From IMG/VR virus record IMGVR_UViG_3300030329_003290: a stretch of DNA of 64,000 bases; one strand, given 5' to 3'. The position numbers and the translations under genes are program-made. This document shows positions 1-9,900 of the stretch, piece after piece (the stretch's first letter is position 1; the number at the start of each line of letters is the position of its first letter). The notes under the pieces were generated by a model that had not been told where the DNA came from, searched no databases, and saw nothing but the letters and a program-made list of their open reading frames with translations. This stretch comes from an uncultured virus (IMG/VR IMGVR_UViG_3300030329_003290) (lineage: Duplodnaviria > Heunggongvirae > Uroviricota > Caudoviricetes).

Positions 1-521
1 AAATATTCTGCTTCTTCTTCATCATCATCAAAAGCTGCATCTGTTGCATCTCTTTCTGCAGCTTCATAAGCATCTCTTGCCTTTTCAAACATAGACTCTA
101 CTTCAGTCATTTCCTTATCCCAATCTTCTTCATTTGTAGGTAGACCATTTTCATCTCTTTCTGCATCACGAGGTGGATTGAAATCTTGTAAGATTGTATC
201 TTTTGTTTCCTGATCAACTTTGACATCAGATGTGGGGATTCCTTTTCCAACTTTATATTTGACGGGTTCAACATCACCTTCTTCACCATCCCTTTCAAAA
301 TCACTGCCACCTAATTTAGCACCAGAATCCTTTTCACTATCATCACCTTTGTCGGCAATTTTATCATAAGCAATTTTTGCTGGATGTTCTTTATCCATCT
401 TTTTAGCAGAACTAGCTTTCATCTCTTTAGACTCACCATCTTTATTTTTATACTTGATGATTTTATCATCATCGACATCAGCTTCAGTTATATTATGTGC
501 AATTTCTAATAGTGAAATCAT
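1..521 (-). CDS. Acidic hypothetical protein, probable head-associated; 3' end runs off the window
   Basis: Manual translation from ATG at 521: MISLLEIAHNITEADVDDDKIIKYKNKDGESKEMKASSAKKMDKEHPAK..., open to position 1; start overlaps the stop of the upstream gene; not in the ORF track. Confidence 0.75.
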   Translation of the reverse strand, partial: MISLLEIAHNITEADVDDDKIIKYKNKDGESKEMKASSAKKMDKEHPAKIAYDKIADKGDDSEKDSGAKLGGSDFERDGEEGDVEPVKYKVGKGIPTSDVKVDQETKDTILQDFNPPRDAERDENGLPTNEEDWDKEMTEVESMFEKARDAYEAAERDATDAAFDDDEEEAEY

Positions 522-706
522 TTATCTTTCTCCATCATTATTTCGTGTCTAAGACTTTCTAAGTGTTCTATCCACTGTCCAAGTCTCTTCAACATATAAT
601 TCTTTGACACATCCTTTTTCTGTATCTCAACCTGCCATCTTTTTAGCAAAGTCGAAATACTGAACAGTGTGTCCATATAAGACTTCTTTTTATCCTCGAA
701 GGGCAT
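518..706 (-). CDS. Small helical hypothetical protein
   Basis: ORF track 518..733; more likely start MPFEDKK at 706 after AAGGA. Confidence 0.6.
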   Translation of the reverse strand: MPFEDKKKSYMDTLFSISTLLKRWQVEIQKKDVSKNYMLKRLGQWIEHLESLRHEIMMEKDK

Positions 707-716
707 ATCCAGTTCC

Positions 717-1436
717 TTACTGTAACCGACCAACTTTGTTTGCTAGTTTTACTAACCTCTCGCTAATTTTATGTAAAGCCTTATGTGTATTTTTCCAATA
801 TGACCCTGAATCGACATTCAATTCATTTTTTAATCTTACATTCATATCAATGAGTTTATTCAATTCTGTTAGAGCATTTCTAACTTCTCTCATTGAACGA
901 CCAATTTTTTGTTTTGGTGTTAGGGATTCATCATTTCTATAATCGTGATATTTTCCTTCCATCACCCAACCCGCTTTATCTGGCAAATTTCTAAATTTAT
1001 CTCCTTGTTTGAGTAAATCCATTATGTTTCTCATTTGACTCATATGACCATTAAGCATAGGTTTTCCAATTTTCTTTCTTATTGCGTGTGCCCAAGCTCT
1101 TTTATTTTTATCGGGAACTGGCTTATGTTTTTTCATAAATTTTACAAGATCTTGATAGTGTTCTACAAATGCACCTAAGTTTAAATCATATTCTTTTTCC
1201 CAAGAATTATCTGTTCCAAAATCTTTGTATGGGTCTAAGTCTTCTTTTACATAAGAGTATCCAGTAGAACCTAAATCTCTTTTCTTTTTCTTCTTTTTGT
1301 CTTTTTCTGGATCTGAAAAAGCATATGGTGTATTATATCCTGGCACATTAGCAGTTACAGAAGCCTCTTCTAAAGAATTTATTTCATCAAGAAGCATTTC
1401 TTGAATTCGTTCTCTTAGTTTACTTTCTAGAGACAT
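717..1436 (-). CDS. Hypothetical head-module protein
   Basis: 239 aa, AGGAG RBS, downstream of portal; LEE/VKE/VME sites separate segments. Confidence 0.6.
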   Translation of the reverse strand: MSLESKLRERIQEMLLDEINSLEEASVTANVPGYNTPYAFSDPEKDKKKKKKRDLGSTGYSYVKEDLDPYKDFGTDNSWEKEYDLNLGAFVEHYQDLVKFMKKHKPVPDKNKRAWAHAIRKKIGKPMLNGHMSQMRNIMDLLKQGDKFRNLPDKAGWVMEGKYHDYRNDESLTPKQKIGRSMREVRNALTELNKLIDMNVRLKNELNVDSGSYWKNTHKALHKISERLVKLANKVGRLQ

Positions 1437-2280
1437 TTTTTAACTCCTTTAGCAACTGATAGTACCTCATTAAAGTAATAACTTGGTTATCCTCAACAAT
1501 TCTACCCCTAAGAAGTTTATCAGATTGTTTGATTGCTTCTTTTAGTTTTATTGATGTAACCTCGTCATCTATAGTGGGCAAAAACGATTGGAGTTGTTTT
1601 TTTACTTTTATAGACTCTTTTTCAATAAATTCTTTTAGTGAATTGGTGTTAGAAATATTATTTATATATCTTCTCAATAAACCTTTTTGTAATCCACTCA
1701 AAGTTTTATATTTATTATTAAATTTTTCTACTAATACTTGATAAGTAAGTAGTCTAAGGTCTTGTTCAGATTTCTTATAATTTTCTATAGTTCTATTTGA
1801 AGACTTTTTAGACTTAGGTTTTTTATCTGTAATAGATTCAATTATTGTAAATTTGGCATCAGTTTCAGCTGAAGGATCGGATGTAGTTAATGACTCAAAT
1901 AACTTATATATAGAAGCATAAAGCTTATAATTTGAAAGTCTTGCCATAAAAAAGTCATTAATTTCATAAGAATTTCTAATTTCGTTTACTAAATTATATT
2001 TTTCACGACGAAGTTGAGAGCGATTTATCTTATTATAAGTTTTCAACACAGCCTCAATCAAATGATTTGCTTTACTTTCTGAATTATAGCTTTCTGTAGT
2101 TAAGATTTTGTATAATTCATACTCTTTTCCCAATTGTGTTTTTGGTGAGAAGTATTTTTTTAGTAGATTTGTAGCCAATCCATCTTTATCTTCTAATATA
2201 TCGGCTGTAATTTGTCTGGTAAGTAGCTCAAAAAGAATACCTGTATTCTTAATTTTCGAGTGTTTTATTTTTATACTCAT
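1420..2280 (-). CDS. Helical protein next to portal (possible prohead core/scaffold-associated)
   Basis: 286 aa, GGAG RBS; function inferred from position only. Confidence 0.5.
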   Translation of the reverse strand: MSIKIKHSKIKNTGILFELLTRQITADILEDKDGLATNLLKKYFSPKTQLGKEYELYKILTTESYNSESKANHLIEAVLKTYNKINRSQLRREKYNLVNEIRNSYEINDFFMARLSNYKLYASIYKLFESLTTSDPSAETDAKFTIIESITDKKPKSKKSSNRTIENYKKSEQDLRLLTYQVLVEKFNNKYKTLSGLQKGLLRRYINNISNTNSLKEFIEKESIKVKKQLQSFLPTIDDEVTSIKLKEAIKQSDKLLRGRIVEDNQVITLMRYYQLLKELKNVSRK

Positions 2281-2328
2281 TTACGAACTCCAATCGTTAA
2301 ATTTCTTCTTATATAAATATATAGTAAA

Positions 2329-4146
2329 CTAATTTTTCTTAGTATTTAACGAAGTGACTTCGCTTTTATACTCTTTTTCCAACTCACCACTTTCACTAAG
2401 TAGTTTTTTACCGCTTTCTCCTAAGTGATTTAGCATATTTTCATATTTTGCCAGTGATTTTGTACTATAAGCATTATTCATGTCTTGTGAACCAACAGGA
2501 TCTCTACCTCTAGCACCACTATCCTGTCCAAATTTATTAGCTTCCTTTGGACGACCAGCGCCAGGTTGTCCACCCTCTTCCGAACCACCCTCATCATCCA
2601 ACTCATGACCTGTTCTACCCATAGCCATATCCGATGGTGTACCTTGTGATTGTCCACTTTTAGCAGGATCGTTACCTTCATTTTCAATTTGTGTTCGTCT
2701 GAATTTTGTTTTGTAGTCAAATGTTATTTGGTCATCTTGTTCTTTGATTTGATCATCAGTAAAATTAAAAATATTTTTGTAAATCCACTCTGATGATACT
2801 AAACCATCTCTAATCATTGATTCGGCAAGAGAAGTTTTTTGATTCCACAATTCAATTTTTTCTTGTTCGTATATTGTAGATGGGTTTGTAAGTTTCAAAT
2901 CAAAATTTACAAGTTCTTGATCTCTGAATCCTTGTGAGTACAAATGAACTATAGCTATTTTTTGTAACTCACTAACTAATATTCTTTGTATTCTTTCGAT
3001 TGTTCTGGCAAACCTAACATCTTCAGCTGCTAATGTAGCTTTAGAACCCAATCCCTCTTCATATCCTAAGAATGCTTTGGGTACATGAAGTGATGCTAAT
3101 AATTTATTTTTGAGATACTCAACATCTTCAGTAGCCTCATAAGTCAGACCAGGCAACGATTCAATACCTGTTCCACTATCACCACCTCTGACTGGTAAAA
3201 AGAAATCTTCTGTTAGATTTTGAATATTATATCTTAGATTATACTCACCTGTTTTTTCATCCATAACAGGAGCTTTCTTCATTTTGTTGATTGCCTGTTG
3301 CATAAAGTTATCAACTTCTGCTGGTGGTATATTTCCAATGTCTAATTTGAATACTCTCTTTTCTGGTGCTCTCATAATACGATGTATCAACATAGCATCT
3401 TCCATAAGGGTTAATTGTTTCCACACTTTTCTACCACCCTCTAAGATAGAACGACCATATGGTACAAAATTAGAATCAGATAGTAATCTGAAGTGAGCAA
3501 CTTCGTAATTTTCTAAAAGAGTTGCTTCCCTACCTCTAAGACTATGTTTCGCGCCTACATGTCCACTTCCTTGTTGTGGTATAAATTCAAATTGTACTAA
3601 TTGTGGATTTGCTGGATCGTGTCCCTCTAATCTAGAAATATCATATGCTGACATTGGTTGTACATTAGTTATTCCGTATTTTTCAGTTACATCTAATTTC
3701 AAAAAGAAGTCACCATACTTCACCATATTACGAACCCAAGGCCATAAATTGAATTCAATATTTATGATGTCATAAAAAAGATTATGTAATACATCGTGTA
3801 TTTGGTCATTACTTGTCTGTATACCTAAAATATTTCCATATTCATTTTTCATTGTCGATTCATCAGAATATATATCTAATGCGGAAGCAACAATTGAATC
3901 CGTATCCATTGATTCGTAGTCTCTGAATAAACCCAATCGTAATTGTTGTACTTGTAAAAGTTCATTATACGGATGATTAGCCATATTAGAATGAATTTTT
4001 TGAAATCTATCAACTAATGAGTTTTGTGGACTTGCTTGAATTTTGCTGCTGTCAACTACTTTTAATTTCCTACCACCAATGTTTCTTACAATGGTACTAC
4101 CTGAAAATAGTCTTTTTAGTCTACCAGTTAATGTTGTATCTGCCAT
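2329..4146 (-). CDS. Portal protein (T4 gp20-like)
   Basis: Motifs YGRSILE, LMEDAMLIHRIMRAPEKRVF, EDFFLPVRG, EDVRFARTI typical of gp20-like portals; adjacent to terminase. Confidence 0.92.
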   Translation of the reverse strand: MADTTLTGRLKRLFSGSTIVRNIGGRKLKVVDSSKIQASPQNSLVDRFQKIHSNMANHPYNELLQVQQLRLGLFRDYESMDTDSIVASALDIYSDESTMKNEYGNILGIQTSNDQIHDVLHNLFYDIINIEFNLWPWVRNMVKYGDFFLKLDVTEKYGITNVQPMSAYDISRLEGHDPANPQLVQFEFIPQQGSGHVGAKHSLRGREATLLENYEVAHFRLLSDSNFVPYGRSILEGGRKVWKQLTLMEDAMLIHRIMRAPEKRVFKLDIGNIPPAEVDNFMQQAINKMKKAPVMDEKTGEYNLRYNIQNLTEDFFLPVRGGDSGTGIESLPGLTYEATEDVEYLKNKLLASLHVPKAFLGYEEGLGSKATLAAEDVRFARTIERIQRILVSELQKIAIVHLYSQGFRDQELVNFDLKLTNPSTIYEQEKIELWNQKTSLAESMIRDGLVSSEWIYKNIFNFTDDQIKEQDDQITFDYKTKFRRTQIENEGNDPAKSGQSQGTPSDMAMGRTGHELDDEGGSEEGGQPGAGRPKEANKFGQDSGARGRDPVGSQDMNNAYSTKSLAKYENMLNHLGESGKKLLSESGELEKEYKSEVTSLNTKKN

Positions 4147-4157
4147 AATTTTACCTC

Positions 4158-5738
4158 TTATTTTTCAATTAGCCACGCCAATGATTCAGCTTCTTTACCA
4201 TTGGGCTTCCATTCCCATTGGTTGTCTTTTTCTGGATGAGTATTTTGTGGTAACATCTGAGATGCCATACCACTCAATGTTTTTTTCTGTAAGTCTATAC
4301 CCTCTTGTTTCAATCTGAGAGCAGTATCTCTTACCCATAAACATATAGCGAAACTCATCACTAAATCATCATTGTAACCACTCATAGCTTCGGCTTTATT
4401 GTTGTTATATATAAATACAAACAACTCATCAATTAATCGATTTGAACGGACAATTACTGTCTTTTCTCTGAAATATTCTTCTAATTTCGCGATTACTAAT
4501 GGTCTAGTCTTCATTGTCATAGAAAATCCAGGTACCATATTTCTATCTTGAGTCCTATACCTATTGACGACTTGTTTCTCAATGTCTACATATTGTAAAT
4601 CTTTACTTGTATAAAAAAGGTTTTCATATCCTCTATCTATTACTTGTTGAATTGCTGCCCAACCTATGTTATTGTTTTCAACTACCAATAAAGCATTGTT
4701 GTATTCTGTGGCAACATTTACTAATAGATTACCAAAATCTTTTGTTGGTATTCTTCCTTTATATTCAGCAACTTGTTCCATAGTTTCCACATCCATTATA
4801 TGAAATGCAGAATAATCTGTACTATCTCCTCTACTGACATCAGCAGATACTACATAATCTTTTGTATAATTTGGTGGTTGCCACACCCAAAAATTACTAT
4901 CTATTCCTCTTTTTTCTAATGGGTCTTGTGTATGTGTTTGTCTGTACTCTTCTAGAATAACACCATCTATTACAGTTTGACCTGAAGTGATGAAGTCACA
5001 ATCACATTCTTGTGCCGCTAATGAAGGACCTAAAAGACTATCTTGTTCCTTTCTCCACTCATCATTTCTTTCGGGATGTAAATTCCAATGTAATCTTATA
5101 AAATTCCAATCGTTTGTGCCATCTTCTGCACCAACCCAAGTTTTATGAAACCAATTACCAACACCATTTGGTGTAGAAAGTGCAATACATTTTCCACCAG
5201 TAGATAATGTCTGTGAAGCAGCAGCCCATATTGGTTCAATTTTATCAATGAAAGCAGCCTCATCTAATATTAGTAATGATAGAGCTTCTGACCTACCAGC
5301 TTCCTCACCACTCGCAACTGCTTTTATCTGTGAACCATTCTTGTATCGTAGTGATAATTTATTATCTTCAACACAATTTTGTTTTAACCAAGAGGGTAAA
5401 TTGGCGTGCATTACTCTTACCTTAGTTACTAAATTTTTAGCAGTATCTTGTTTAGTGGCAATAACCAAAATGTTTTTATCACTATGAAATGTCATCATCC
5501 AAAGTGAATACCCAGCAGATAATGTTGATAATCCCAACTGACGAGCTTTCAAAATAATATTGAATCTATGGTCTTCAAAAGTACTCAATGCTTTTTCTTG
5601 ATATTCATATAAATGAAAGGGTACTTTTCCTTTCATTGGATGCTGAACAACACAATACTTTTTTAAAAAGTATATTGGGTCTTTAGCAGACTTTACATAT
5701 TCTTTTTTTATTACTTCTTTTAGTACTTGTGGTTTCAC
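4158..5738 (-). CDS. terL: Terminase large subunit (T4 gp17-like)
   Basis: Walker A KARQLGLS, Walker B LILDEAAF, STPNG motif, nuclease ADVSRG..DYS and NDDLVM; likely GTG start at 5738 overlapping the upstream TAG. Confidence 0.95.
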   Translation of the reverse strand: MKPQVLKEVIKKEYVKSAKDPIYFLKKYCVVQHPMKGKVPFHLYEYQEKALSTFEDHRFNIILKARQLGLSTLSAGYSLWMMTFHSDKNILVIATKQDTAKNLVTKVRVMHANLPSWLKQNCVEDNKLSLRYKNGSQIKAVASGEEAGRSEALSLLILDEAAFIDKIEPIWAAASQTLSTGGKCIALSTPNGVGNWFHKTWVGAEDGTNDWNFIRLHWNLHPERNDEWRKEQDSLLGPSLAAQECDCDFITSGQTVIDGVILEEYRQTHTQDPLEKRGIDSNFWVWQPPNYTKDYVVSADVSRGDSTDYSAFHIMDVETMEQVAEYKGRIPTKDFGNLLVNVATEYNNALLVVENNNIGWAAIQQVIDRGYENLFYTSKDLQYVDIEKQVVNRYRTQDRNMVPGFSMTMKTRPLVIAKLEEYFREKTVIVRSNRLIDELFVFIYNNNKAEAMSGYNDDLVMSFAICLWVRDTALRLKQEGIDLQKKTLSGMASQMLPQNTHPEKDNQWEWKPNGKEAESLAWLIEK

Positions 5739-6148
5739 TATAATTTCCCTAGTATAAATCCTATTCCAAGCCAAATGTATTCATTTTCATACCATTTTTT
5801 TTCAATCAACTTTACCATTTTTTCATTAGCAACATCACGAGCTTTTAGTAACTCAATTTGTTTATCCTTTGCCACTAGTGTTAGAGAATCAATATTAGCT
5901 TGTTCTTCTAATTCAACAACAAGTGAGTCTGACCTACTGATAGTAATTTTCTGAAATTCTATCAATGTATTAGCCTTTGCTATTTTCTCTTCCCATTGTT
6001 TATCACGAGCCTTCAACATATCTAATGCTTCATCATAGGTAAATGATGTTGGTGTTTCACCACCCTTTTGTATTTCTTGTCCATCTACTATAGACAAAAC
6101 AAAAAATGATATCAAAAAGTATTTTATTATTTTCATACCTAGCCTCAT
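5738..6148 (-). CDS. Exported coiled-coil protein with C-terminal membrane anchor
   Basis: N-terminal signal-like segment, coiled coil, C-terminal IWLGIGFILGKL. Confidence 0.55.
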   Translation of the reverse strand: MRLGMKIIKYFLISFFVLSIVDGQEIQKGGETPTSFTYDEALDMLKARDKQWEEKIAKANTLIEFQKITISRSDSLVVELEEQANIDSLTLVAKDKQIELLKARDVANEKMVKLIEKKWYENEYIWLGIGFILGKL

Positions 6149-6456
6149 TTACTTTTAGCAAACTTCCTAAGAAATTCTTCAGCTGATTCGACTTCATCAT
6201 TATCGTAAGCCTCTTGCATCTTTTGAGTTTTCTTTTTAGAATTAGTAAGTTTTCTTTTCATATTACCAATTTCTCTTTTAGATGATTTTTTAGCTGTTTC
6301 TAATTCCTTAATTTGTTTTTCAACTTTCTTTTCTTCTTTCTTGTTTTCGTCAATAACTTTTTTAAGTTTTTTTACTTCCACGCTTTTTGATTTATTTACA
6401 GCAAATAAAGCACCAACAGCACCAAGAAATCCTAATATTATTTTCCAAAGTTTCAT
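6145..6456 (-). CDS. N-terminally anchored basic coiled-coil protein
   Basis: IILGFLGAVGALFAV followed by Lys/Glu-rich coiled coil; ATGA overlaps. Confidence 0.55.
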   Translation of the reverse strand: MKLWKIILGFLGAVGALFAVNKSKSVEVKKLKKVIDENKKEEKKVEKQIKELETAKKSSKREIGNMKRKLTNSKKKTQKMQEAYDNDEVESAEEFLRKFAKSK

Positions 6457-6989
6457 TCTTCGTTCTCCAACTCTTCTAATCGTTCTTTAAATTTTTCTAT
6501 TGCTTCTTCAGTTTCAGCAACCATCTTTTCTGTGCCGCCTTCCCATTTTTCTTTTTCTAATTCAGGAAAATTGACACCAACATTATTCAACCATTCAGGT
6601 GCTTTCATATTTTTAAATTCTTCCATTTGTTGTAAAGCATCTTTTAGATACGCTATTCTATTCTTTTTAATTTTATCATTTGCCCAATCATCAAACTCAC
6701 CTTTTATTTTTAGTTTATTTTCAAATTCAATTTGACAATCAAAACAATGTCCATACAAACTCCACATTTTATTATCCAATCTTTTTTTCATTACCTTATC
6801 ACATTTCGGACAAAACATTGGCATCCTAACATCTTTCATTATTTCAGTCATCTTAGGTATAACATCACCTTGTGGTTTTTGTTTACCCTCATAACCTACC
6901 TGAACATAATTTTTTACATGCTCTTTACCAGATAAAGCATCTTTTAGTGCTTTATTTTGTCTTTCTGTTTCTTTACTATATCCTGCCAT
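6453..6989 (-). CDS. Zinc-binding hypothetical protein
   Basis: CPKC...CFDC; AGGAG RBS. Confidence 0.65.
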   Translation of the reverse strand: MAGYSKETERQNKALKDALSGKEHVKNYVQVGYEGKQKPQGDVIPKMTEIMKDVRMPMFCPKCDKVMKKRLDNKMWSLYGHCFDCQIEFENKLKIKGEFDDWANDKIKKNRIAYLKDALQQMEEFKNMKAPEWLNNVGVNFPELEKEKWEGGTEKMVAETEEAIEKFKERLEELENEE

Positions 6990-6998
6990 AACCTACTC

Positions 6999-9900
6999 CT
7001 ATACGAATTTCAACATACCTAAGATTTGATTTGCTGGAGCAAATGCTCCAGTATACTTATATAACTTTCCTTTGAATACAAAAGTTATACCCTCTGTTGG
7101 AACAACTGCTTTTAATCCACCAATAGCATTCAATCTATCTAATTGAGTTTTCAATGTACTCAGTACTTTTGGGTCTTTTGATTTTTTTACTTGGTTTATA
7201 GCTTTAGTCAAATCCTTACGAATTTGTTGAGCTGCTTTAGTTGGATTAGCTGCTATAAAGTCTTTCATATTCTTTAGTATTTCAGCACCCAACTCAAAGA
7301 AAAGAACTTCCCAATCTCTGATATGTTTCTTTTGTAACTTAGCGTGATCCATTTTATCAGTTGATAGAACCCAATCTAAAAACTTTGGATACTCTTTCAA
7401 ATCCTTTCTTATCTGTGGTATCTTATAAGACTTATCAAAGAATGCCCATCTCTTTGTTAGTTTCATAAGAACATCATTTGATGGATTTGGATTGTCTGTT
7501 TGTTTAGCACCATTGTAAATATATTCCATCCAATATGCTTGATGATAATCACCTAATGTAGCACTATCTGTAAGTTTGTAAATACTCTGTAATTTCTGTA
7601 ACTTACCTAAGAAGTAACTTTGTCTTTGTGCAAAGTTCTTTACTACTGGCAATTGTGTAATAAATGGTTTTGTGATACTATAGGTTTTTTGTACATTTTG
7701 ATTTATCTGTTTTATCATACCAGCTAACATTCTAGCACTACCTCTGTCCTCTCCAATTGGAGAACCAGCAGAATCATATTCAATAGTTCCGTGAAATTGT
7801 AATAGTGATTTATCATAAGGTATGACATTTGAAGTTGCTGGGTACATCACTTCTAGTGACATAAACTTTTTACCCTCAGCAAATATTTTGTCTTTTTGTT
7901 TTTTACTTAGCCCCTTTAGTGCTTTTTGTAAATCTGTCATAGCAGATACAAATGCTTTTTCTATGTCTCCTCTACCAGAAAACATATTTCTTATACCACT
8001 TATATCTAAACTATTAGCACCAAAATTCTTTATATGTCCTTTGTTTCTAGCTGCAACTAATTTTCCATTCTTCCAGCTAATCATTATATTCTGTCCATCA
8101 GTCTTTTCTGTAACAGGACCTTCTTTATCAAGATTACCTTGAAGTGTATTAATAATTAGTGTTTTAAAATCTGAAAATGTTAAATTTTTATTATCAAATG
8201 GGTGGTTTAGGTGTCCGTATGCACCACCCTCAACTAATAATTTTACTTCATTTACTATGCTAATTCTCTCTTTCATTGACATTTTTTTATCATAAGCATC
8301 AGTTTTCATATCAGATATTGTGGCAATAAAAGGAGATCTTCGTAAGGCTTTGAATGCGAGATTCTCAACTGAAAACTCCCCACCTTTTGCTAAACCAGAA
8401 CTTCTCATTCTTTTCAATCTATCTTTTATCTTATCTACCATTTTGATTACTTCATCGTATTTACCTTTTTTCATCATATCCTTTAGTACAGAAACAGAAC
8501 CCAAATAACCTTCAGCCTTTGAAGTAATATCATCTAAATCAATTTTCAATTCTTTTTTCTTTGGTTTTACTATCCACTCATCTTTTAGTATAGAATATAA
8601 TCCAGAAGCAATATGTACATCTCCTAAATTTTCAACATACATTTCAACTGGAAATCCAAAAATTGAAATGTCGTGTTCATTATTCCAAATTGTTTTTTTA
8701 GCTAAAAAGTAATTTTTTACAAACTCTTCATCATCGTCTATTTGACTAAAATCAAGTCGCAGGTGTAAATCCACATCTGAAAACTTAGACCAATTATAAT
8801 TTGAAATACTTCCAGTTAAAGTAATATCTTTTAAATCTACATCTGAATCTAAATCTAAACCATCAAAAAAGTTTTTTGCTATAACTAATAATTTTTTTCT
8901 AATTTCAGGTTTTATCTTACCATCTTTCCATATTTTTTTGTTCAGAGAATCTCTCAGAATAAAACTATTTATGACATCTGGCTTTATGTCTTCTTTGACA
9001 TTTTTCTTTTTTGGTTTTGGGTTTAAGGGACCCTCTAAATATTTTTTCGATATCATATTCACTTTACCTTTTTGTTCTTTTACAACTATCTCTGATAAAT
9101 CGTCTGGTTCTTGTAAAGTAACTGTTACTACCACCTTTCCATTTGGTAATCTTGTTCGTTCTACTTTTTTAACCTTAGCCTTTGATTTGGAACTACGAGT
9201 TATTTCTCCTTCACCCCAATAACCATCTTCTCTACTTTCATCTGGCTCTCCATCAATGAATGCACCTCTAACTTCTCCATTTGAATTTGGTTCTATTCTA
9301 AATACAATTGATGTTTGTTCTGGATTATCATTATCAACACCTGCAAAACTTCTTGCAGTTTCGGCACTTGTGCTAAATCCACTTGAACCATGTCCACTTT
9401 CATCAGGTATTTCTACCATTTCGCCTTCTTCAAAATCAGCTAAAATTTGTTCTGCTACATCATTCGGTACTGATATTCCCCTTTCTATTGGTCTATCAAC
9501 CTTAGTAATGGTAGTATGAGAAACTTCACTAATTCTTTCATTTCTTTCTCTGATTTCTTCTTCCGTAATATCACCATTTTCTATAGCATCTTGTATTGCC
9601 TCAAACCCACCAAGTTGTTTCCAACTTGCGACATCTTTCTTGATTTGTTTTCTTTCTGCTGGTGTTCTTTTCTTTTGTTGTTCTTCCCATTGGTCTCGCA
9701 TTTTCCCATCATATTCTTCTTTATCAACACCACTGTCTCCCTTTAAAAGAAAATCATCTATAAAATGTTTTTCATCTTCTTTATCTCTAATCACATCAAC
9801 ACCATCTACAACATTTGGTTTTCTATCTGGTCTATTTCTTGCCCTTTCTACTTCTTTTCTTCTCTTTTCCAACTTCTCTGGTGATATAGTTGGTGCTTTA

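Noticed and set aside
2329..5738. Intein or intron in portal or terminase
   Set aside because: Both ORFs are continuous and of ordinary length, with no intein splice or homing endonuclease motifs recognised
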